Assembly: GCA_044236265.1 (NCBI GenBank)
Contig: JBIIGV010000076.1
Coordinates: forward strand, 1-13,774
Reading direction: 5' to 3'
Origin: Oligoflexales bacterium
GTDB taxonomy: Bacteria > Bdellovibrionota_B > Oligoflexia > Oligoflexales > RGVZ01
Length of the DNA: 13,774 nt
The notes beneath the pieces are model-generated. The model saw only the letters and a program-made list of their open reading frames with translations, was not told the origin of the DNA and did not search any database. Position numbers and translations under genes: made by a program. Below, one piece after another: positions 9,078 through 13,774 of this stretch; position 1 is the first letter of the stretch; each line of letters begins with the position of its first letter.

Positions 9078-9137
9078 GGGGACACACGACCAAACCCAAA
9101 TTGATGAATAATTAAGTTTGGGTTTGGTTGTGTCTCT
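9078..9137. repeat. Long imperfect palindrome (REP-like hairpin)
   Basis: GGGGACACA-cg-ACCAAACCCAAA-TTGAT-gaata-ATTAA-g-TTTGGGTTTGGT-TGTGTCTCT; two bulges. Confidence 0.8.
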
Positions 9138-9247
9138 CCGCGTAATTGAAACGAGTTTAAAAATTTAAATTTCAAATAAATCTGTCATTCAAGAGTTTGA
9201 CGAGTGCAGCGGCCTTGTAAGTCTTGTGGGACAGCCACTCTAAAAAT

Positions 9248-9271
9248 TCACGTATGAAATCACGTATGAAA
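9248..9271. repeat. Tandem 12-bp direct repeat TCACGTATGAAA x2 (integrase arm-type-site-like)
   Basis: Exact copies at 9248-9259 and 9260-9271, about 50 bp from repeat copy 2. Confidence 0.75.
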
Positions 9272-9322
9272 AATTTTTTACGCCGAAAAGATTTGTGATT
9301 TCAGAATGTTAGAGAGCGAATG

Positions 9323-9375
9323 GCGGGCGCAACCCTGTACTATTCGAACCAGGGACAGTCACTCGGGAGTATCCG
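9323..9375. repeat. 53-bp direct repeat, copy 2 (att-like)
   Basis: gcgggcgcaaccctgtactattcgaaccagggacagtcactcgggagtatccg; on the minus strand it runs out as ...GGTTCGAATAGTACAGGGTTGCGCCCGCCA. Confidence 0.95.
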
Positions 9376-9424
9376 GTGGCGTGGGGTAGATTACAAAAAT
9401 GAAGCAACCGATTTTAGCTATCGG

Positions 9425-9718
9425 CTAGGCAGACTTTTTGACAGAGACGTGAACCGATAGACCAATCGCGGAGATAATTCGCAATAGTCTGTCGATGGAT
9501 ACTTTCTGCAGGCTCCCGTTAATGATGCCAGTGACAGTCGTCCTCGCTACCCCAGCTAATTCTGCGACCTCCTGATGGGTCAAGTGTTGCTTAGAAACTT
9601 CGCGGATGATTGCCTTAGTAAGGGAGGCCTTTACTTCAGCCTCGGCGGCCCGCATGGGTTCGACACCAAGGTTCTCTGCCAGATCTTGTAAGTTTTTGTA
9701 TCGCTTAGCTTTGCTCAT
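9425..9718 (-). CDS. higA: HigA-like XRE/HTH antitoxin
   Basis: LTHQEVAELAGVARTTVTGIING...SIDRLLRI helix-turn-helix. Directly downstream of a RelE-like toxin with a 4-bp ATGA overlap. Confidence 0.85.
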   Translation of the reverse strand: MSKAKRYKNLQDLAENLGVEPMRAAEAEVKASLTKAIIREVSKQHLTHQEVAELAGVARTTVTGIINGSLQKVSIDRLLRIISAIGLSVHVSVKKSA

Positions 9719-10029
9719 AGTCTTCTTATCCTTTGAAGTGACACTTTTATGTCTTTTTGCTCGGTTTTCTGCGTTTTCTTTTTGAATGCGTGAACCAGAT
9801 AAATTGCATCGGCAGTCTTGACGAAATAGATGACACGGAATTGACCACTTCTATCCTTTAGGCGCAATTCGTGAATCGCTTTTCCTAAACTGGGCATGGT
9901 CCGTGAAAGCGGCATAGTCAGCTTAATTCCAAGGCGGAGTTTCGCGACGCAATCAAGCAAATCTCCAAGAACTTCTTTCGGGAAATTTTTCAGTTCAGCT
10001 TCGCATTGGGGTAAAATCACAACATCCAT
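9715..10029 (-). CDS. higB: RelE/ParE-superfamily toxin (HigB/Gp49-like)
   Basis: MPLSRTM...IHELRLKDRSGQFRVIYF...IYLVHAFKKKTQKT motif; toxin-first gene order. Confidence 0.88.
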   Translation of the reverse strand: MDVVILPQCEAELKNFPKEVLGDLLDCVAKLRLGIKLTMPLSRTMPSLGKAIHELRLKDRSGQFRVIYFVKTADAIYLVHAFKKKTQKTEQKDIKVSLQRIRRL

Positions 10030-10033
10030 AAAA

Positions 10034-10064
10034 AGAATGTCTCACATATGAGACATTCTGTCAA
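10034..10064 (-). promoter_or_regulatory. TA promoter with palindromic operator
   Basis: Perfect -35 TTGACA (10064-10059), 17-nt spacer, TGa-GACATT extended -10 (10041-10036). Inverted repeat AGAATGTCTCA-cata-TGAGACATTCT (10034-10059) overlaps it. Confidence 0.8.
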
Positions 10065-10216
10065 CGAGTTTCGTATATATGTAATGCCTGCAAACTAAGC
10101 CTTTGATCCACTCTATGTCATCGATGGCCTGACTGTAGCCACCGTCGACATGACCTTCGGCAAGCTCGAAAAACAATCCCACCAAAGCTACCGGATCGAG
10201 TTGCAGTCTTAATTGA

Positions 10217-10580
10217 TCACAGGAGTGCGCGTACAATCCCTACCAGATCCTTGCCTAACCTGATGCGACCGTTACGACTAGCTTTGGTTTTCTTTGGTCT
10301 GATTGTGGCATCCGACTCAAGGACATTGACTAAAAGATTCTGAACACCCTCCATCTCCGTAAGCCATTTTGGCAGATCTCAAATTCCAATTCTCCACAGT
10401 ACGTGCCCAGTAGCCTGCCAGAAAAAATGGGATACTAGTGCTGGTCCCGTATTGGGGTGAGGGTCCAAAATATTGGATTAAATTCGGATATTCCAGGAGA
10501 GAGATTTTACTCAAGGTTTGTTTGACCCCCTTAAAGGGGTCAAGTGCATAAGCATCAATTTTTTGAACAGGGGTTTTGAG
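10217..10580 (-). pseudogene. Probable decayed tyrosine recombinase/integrase fragment
   Basis: Across frames and in the expected order: DPFKGVK (10541-10521); YPIF/FLAGYWARTVENWNLR (Box I-like; reads ATGAR with a 1-nt indel, ~10424-10376); TIRPKKTKASRNGRIRLGKDLVGIVRALL* (catalytic-Lys hairpin). Interrupted by stops and frameshifts. Confidence 0.45.
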
Positions 10581-10810
10581 TTAAATTTGGCAGTGGCTGT
10601 TAAAACCAATGGCATCAGTTTAGTCATTTTGGCTCAGCACTCTCAATGTAGTGTGACCACAAATATAAGTCGCACGAGGAAGTTGAGTTTAGGCGGGAAG
10701 TTATTTGGATATATGCTGGCCGATCAGCGCGAATGCGGCGTTATGAGAGCTGGCGCGGTGTGCGGGGGTACTTGGGGGAGTGTGCTTGAATTTCCTTCAA
10801 TTCCCCCAGC

Positions 10811-11953
10811 TCAACGATCCAGGATGTCAAATCCTGTTGCATCAATTCGGGAGTCGGCCAGGTAGGTATTCGAAACAACGAAGACCGCGCGCTCAGCAAC
10901 TGGATCAATCGCCATGAAGGAGCGAAACCCGGCCGTGCCGCCGTTATGCCAGAATATTTTTCTGCCGGATTTTGATGTCGTAACGTGCCACCCCAAGCCA
11001 AGGGTGATCTCCTGGGATCCTGCCGATAAAACGCGGGTTTCAGTAGTCGTCAATTGCGCGGCGCGGGCTAGATCAGAGTTGGGTGAGGCAAGGGATTTCA
11101 AGAAAAACACCATAAACCGGCTCATATCAGCTAGCGTGCTATAAAGCGCACCAGCCGGACTCGCCCCAACGCCGTGCCTCCAGCCTGCCACCGGATGATC
11201 TTTGTCATCGTAGCCCAGGACCTTCCTACTGGATTGCGATTCAGACAACTGAAATGTCGTATCTATGAGGGACAACGGCTGCGAGATGAAATCATGAACC
11301 GCGCGCTCGTAAGTCGATGAAAGCGTGCGTGCGCCGGCGTGGCCTAAAATGCTGACACCGACGTTAGAGTAGTTGTAACAAGAACGCTTACGACGGACTT
11401 CGTGTCCGAAAATATCAGAATAATCTTGCGGGTTGGACTGCTCGGCCGAAGCACAAGATTCCGGTTCGGATTTGCGCCATTCAAGGCTCGCCATGAAAGC
11501 TTTCAATTCGGCGAGACCGAAGCCTATATAGGGCTGACTGGGGTCTTCAGATGGAAGGTTATCCGGCAACCGCGGCAGTCCACTGGCATGGGTGGAAAGG
11601 TCCCTGAGTGTGAGTGTCCGGTTGATTTCATCGGGAAGAATCTGCTCACCAAAAGCGGAATTGATATCTCCATCCAGTGAAGTCACACCCTTAACGTGTG
11701 CCAAAGCCAACAGTAGCGAAGAGAAAATTTTGGTGTTGGATCCGATTTCAACCAAGGAATCGGGCGATATCGCGTCAATCCCCGACTGAAAAAAACGGAC
11801 GTCTTGCCGATCGACTACCGCCGCACCAACGGCGCGGTAATGATTTTCCCCCTCGGTCAGTAGATCAAGGCGTTCCTGAATCTCCAGGAAGCTGGATGCA
11901 TGCGCGGCTCCAGGCCAAAACGCGAGAATAAAAGACACAATAAGAAAACGCAT
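10811..11953 (-). CDS. Secreted serine hydrolase, beta-lactamase class C / AmpH / D-Ala-D-Ala carboxypeptidase-like
   Basis: EIGSNTK (SxxK), THASGLPRLP, YNYSN (YxN), WHNGGTAGFRS. Signal peptide MRFLIVSFILAFWPGAAHA from ATG 11953; the ORF-track extension to 12076 looks non-coding. Confidence 0.9.
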   Translation of the reverse strand: MRFLIVSFILAFWPGAAHASSFLEIQERLDLLTEGENHYRAVGAAVVDRQDVRFFQSGIDAISPDSLVEIGSNTKIFSSLLLALAHVKGVTSLDGDINSAFGEQILPDEINRTLTLRDLSTHASGLPRLPDNLPSEDPSQPYIGFGLAELKAFMASLEWRKSEPESCASAEQSNPQDYSDIFGHEVRRKRSCYNYSNVGVSILGHAGARTLSSTYERAVHDFISQPLSLIDTTFQLSESQSSRKVLGYDDKDHPVAGWRHGVGASPAGALYSTLADMSRFMVFFLKSLASPNSDLARAAQLTTTETRVLSAGSQEITLGLGWHVTTSKSGRKIFWHNGGTAGFRSFMAIDPVAERAVFVVSNTYLADSRIDATGFDILDR

Positions 11954-12648
11954 ATTGTTTGATCCAAGTCGAAGGGTTCCGGAATTTTTTCGGGTTGCGT
12001 AACCCGAAGGTCCGTGTACCCGACCCTGTCCGAAAAAAAAAGGAAGTTTTTGTTCTTGCTTTTGTAGAGTGGACAAAAAAATAACAAAATCCTAACCTTC
12101 CGCACATCTTGTCTCCTCAATAAACCAGACAAGATGGCCTCCTACTTCGCCTATACGCATTAATTCACCAAAAATAGCTCCCTGAGGATTGCCGCCTCTT
12201 TGGGGGGCTAGTTGAAACAATAACAAGGCGCGTCGGCACTTCCGCAATCTTTTCGCCTTCTATGATCGCATCATCGACAATCATTCCTGTTCTTTTAGGC
12301 TGCAACCAGGATTCAAGCCTTCGGTGTGACAAATTTAGCGTCCCTTCGACAGATAAAAGGAGCATACATTGGCTTGGTCTCATCTTACTTAATTAAGAAA
12401 GATGGAGAAGGACGACTTAGATACGCGTCGACTTTCTCGCGCTGTGATTTATGAAAGAATCAACCAAGTGAGCTTGATGTCGCATATTCATAAATGGCAC
12501 TTGGAGTGTGTTTTTTTGATCGCGGCGTGACGAATATATTTCCTACAACTCCGGCGCCGGAGTTTGTACCATTGCTGTAGTGCTTGGCACTTTTTCAAAG
12601 ATACGTTAGACATCTAGTATGGGAACCTAGATTGTCAGGAGGCAATAC

Positions 12649-13026
12649 ATGATCATTAACAAAGTCCATAAGGCCGCTTGTCACTGCCGCGCAGTAGAAT
12701 TCGAACTTGAATTGCCAAATGGTTTAGTTAGCCCACGCAGGTGTGACTGCTCTTTTTGCCGGATGCGCGGCGCGATTGTAGCTTCTGTAAACCTTGATGG
12801 AATCAGAATCCTAAAGGGTCAGGACAAACTAAAGCTTTACCAGTTCAATACGATGACAGCTAAGCACTACTTTTGTTCGGTGTGTGGGATTTATACTCAT
12901 CACCAGCGCCGATCAAATCCAAAAGAGTATGGATTTAACGTCGCGTGCCTTGAGGGCATAAATCCATTTGAGATTAAAGACGTCCCCGTAATGGATGGTA
13001 TAAATCACCCGGCCGACAAAAGGTAG
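12649..13026 (+). CDS. GFA (glutathione-dependent formaldehyde-activating)/CENP-V family protein
   Basis: CHC, CDCSFC and HYFCSVCG zinc motifs; strong AGGAGG RBS. Confidence 0.93.
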   Translation: MIINKVHKAACHCRAVEFELELPNGLVSPRRCDCSFCRMRGAIVASVNLDGIRILKGQDKLKLYQFNTMTAKHYFCSVCGIYTHHQRRSNPKEYGFNVACLEGINPFEIKDVPVMDGINHPADKR

Positions 13027-13062
13027 TCCTCCTAATGGAAAGAAACCGGTGGGAAGGGAAAA

Positions 13063-13572
13063 ATGACAACACCTGAAAGCTCAAAAGAACCCTGTATACG
13101 CAAAGCTCGCCCTGGAGATGAATCTGGCATTCATGAAGCTCACATGCGTTCCATTCGAGAAGTTTGCGTCAAAGATCACGGGGAAGACGAGGTTCGAGGT
13201 TGGGGAAATCGCCCCTTAGGCAATCGCTGGATCGAACCAATTAAGGAAGGTCATGTTTGGGTCATCGAGTATCACAATGAAATTCATGGAGTGGGATACA
13301 TTCGAATTTATGGGGAAAATGGCGTTCAGATGGCCCACATCTACGGACTTTACATCACGCCAGACGTGATAGGACAAGGACTTGGTCAAAAATTGATCAG
13401 CCTTATGCTTGACGCAGCACGAGCCGAGAAGGTTCGAACGATATCGCTTGATTCATCATTAACGGCCCACGATTTTTACAAAAAAAACGGATTCAAAGAC
13501 TCAGGACCAATTAAATACACAGATATTGGCGGTAGCTCCGTACGTGGATACCCAATGAGCATGAATCTTTGA
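13063..13572 (+). CDS. GNAT family N-acetyltransferase
   Basis: LYITPDVIGQGLGQKL acetyl-CoA motif and SSLTAHDFYKKNGF; GGGAAGGG RBS. Confidence 0.92.
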   Translation: MTTPESSKEPCIRKARPGDESGIHEAHMRSIREVCVKDHGEDEVRGWGNRPLGNRWIEPIKEGHVWVIEYHNEIHGVGYIRIYGENGVQMAHIYGLYITPDVIGQGLGQKLISLMLDAARAEKVRTISLDSSLTAHDFYKKNGFKDSGPIKYTDIGGSSVRGYPMSMNL

Positions 13573-13711
13573 ACGGGTTATAGTTGGCCATGAGAAATTT
13601 AGCTGATTCTAGGTGATGCGATAATTGGCACTTAAACCTAGATTTCGGATAGGTGTTTTGACACTATTGTTGTTCAGTTGAAAAGTGAATTAAAAAGTGG
13701 AGTTCCAGAAA

Positions 13712-13774
13712 ATGAAACTTGACCAAGCCCTTGTTAATTCAGCGATTAATTTTATAACCTTCCGATTTTCAGAC
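13712..13774 (+). CDS. 5' end of a CDS running off the window (possibly cytidine-deaminase-like)
   Basis: GGAG RBS then ATG: MKLDQALVNSAINFITFRFSD, open to the window edge. The product guess rests only on N-terminal resemblance. Confidence 0.45.
   Translation, partial: MKLDQALVNSAINFITFRFSD

Larger units (their letters stand above)
6147..9375. mobile_element. Candidate non-autonomous integrative element (about 3.2 kb) carrying the NHL lipoprotein
   Basis: Bounded by the 53-bp direct repeats, with arm-like and IHF-like sites inside the right end. Cargo appears GC-richer than the left-hand genes (by eye, not computed). No recombinase gene inside. Confidence 0.5.

Noticed and set aside
9321..9375. 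tRNA, tmRNA, SRP or 6S RNA gene at the repeat
   Set aside because: Has TTCGAAT and a GCCA end but no 5-bp T-stem, cloverleaf, SRP GGAA/AGCAG domain or 6S hallmarks, so no RNA gene is called.
9320..9460. 46-codon plus-strand ORF MAGATLYYSNQG... starting at repeat copy 2
   Set aside because: The ATG is not in frame in copy 1, it overlaps the higA 3' end, and it has no recognisable motif.
10522..10543. Palindrome TTGACCCCCTT/AAAGGGGTCAA
   Set aside because: Coincides with the DPFKGVK codons of the putative integrase relic; no independent support as a site.
10042..10865. ORF-track ORFs 10042-10236, 10317-10514 and 10518-10865 as real genes
   Set aside because: TTG starts, no RBS and no family signature; better explained as pseudogene debris and antisense frames.
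12165..12383. 72-aa ORF containing GMIVDDAIIEGEKI, like the RND transporter TM4 motif
   Set aside because: The flanking hydrophobic helix is absent and the match is short; could be chance or a tiny relic. Needs BLASTX.
6147..13572. Integron cassette array or CRISPR array
   Set aside because: No RYYYAAC...GTTRRRY-bounded attC found, genes are in mixed orientation with their own promoters, there are only two repeat copies 3.2 kb apart, and no cas genes.

Overview
Bacterial genomic window; the protein styles suggest Bdellovibrionota/Oligoflexia, which is inference only. The left part (1-~6100) looks like core genome: a ClsC/YmdC-like phospholipase D lipoprotein, yhbY, a type II glutaminyl cyclase, a CHASE2-TM-adenylate cyclase with a C-terminal PilZ-like domain, and a probable outer-membrane beta-barrel. 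From ~6120 the window looks like an accessory integration hotspot. A 910-aa NHL-repeat lipoprotein gene with a sigma28-like promoter is bracketed by a 53-bp direct repeat (6147-6199 / 9323-9375, 50/53 identical) that I cannot match to a canonical tRNA, tmRNA or SRP end. The right copy is preceded by tandem 12-bp arm-like repeats, an IHF-like site and a REP-like hairpin. Next come a higBA-type toxin-antitoxin pair with a palindromic operator and probable leaderless mRNA, a probable decayed tyrosine-integrase remnant, a secreted SxxK serine hydrolase with a structured leader, a palindrome-rich divergent spacer, and GFA, GNAT and one truncated gene. All calls are from reading motifs by eye; no searches were run.
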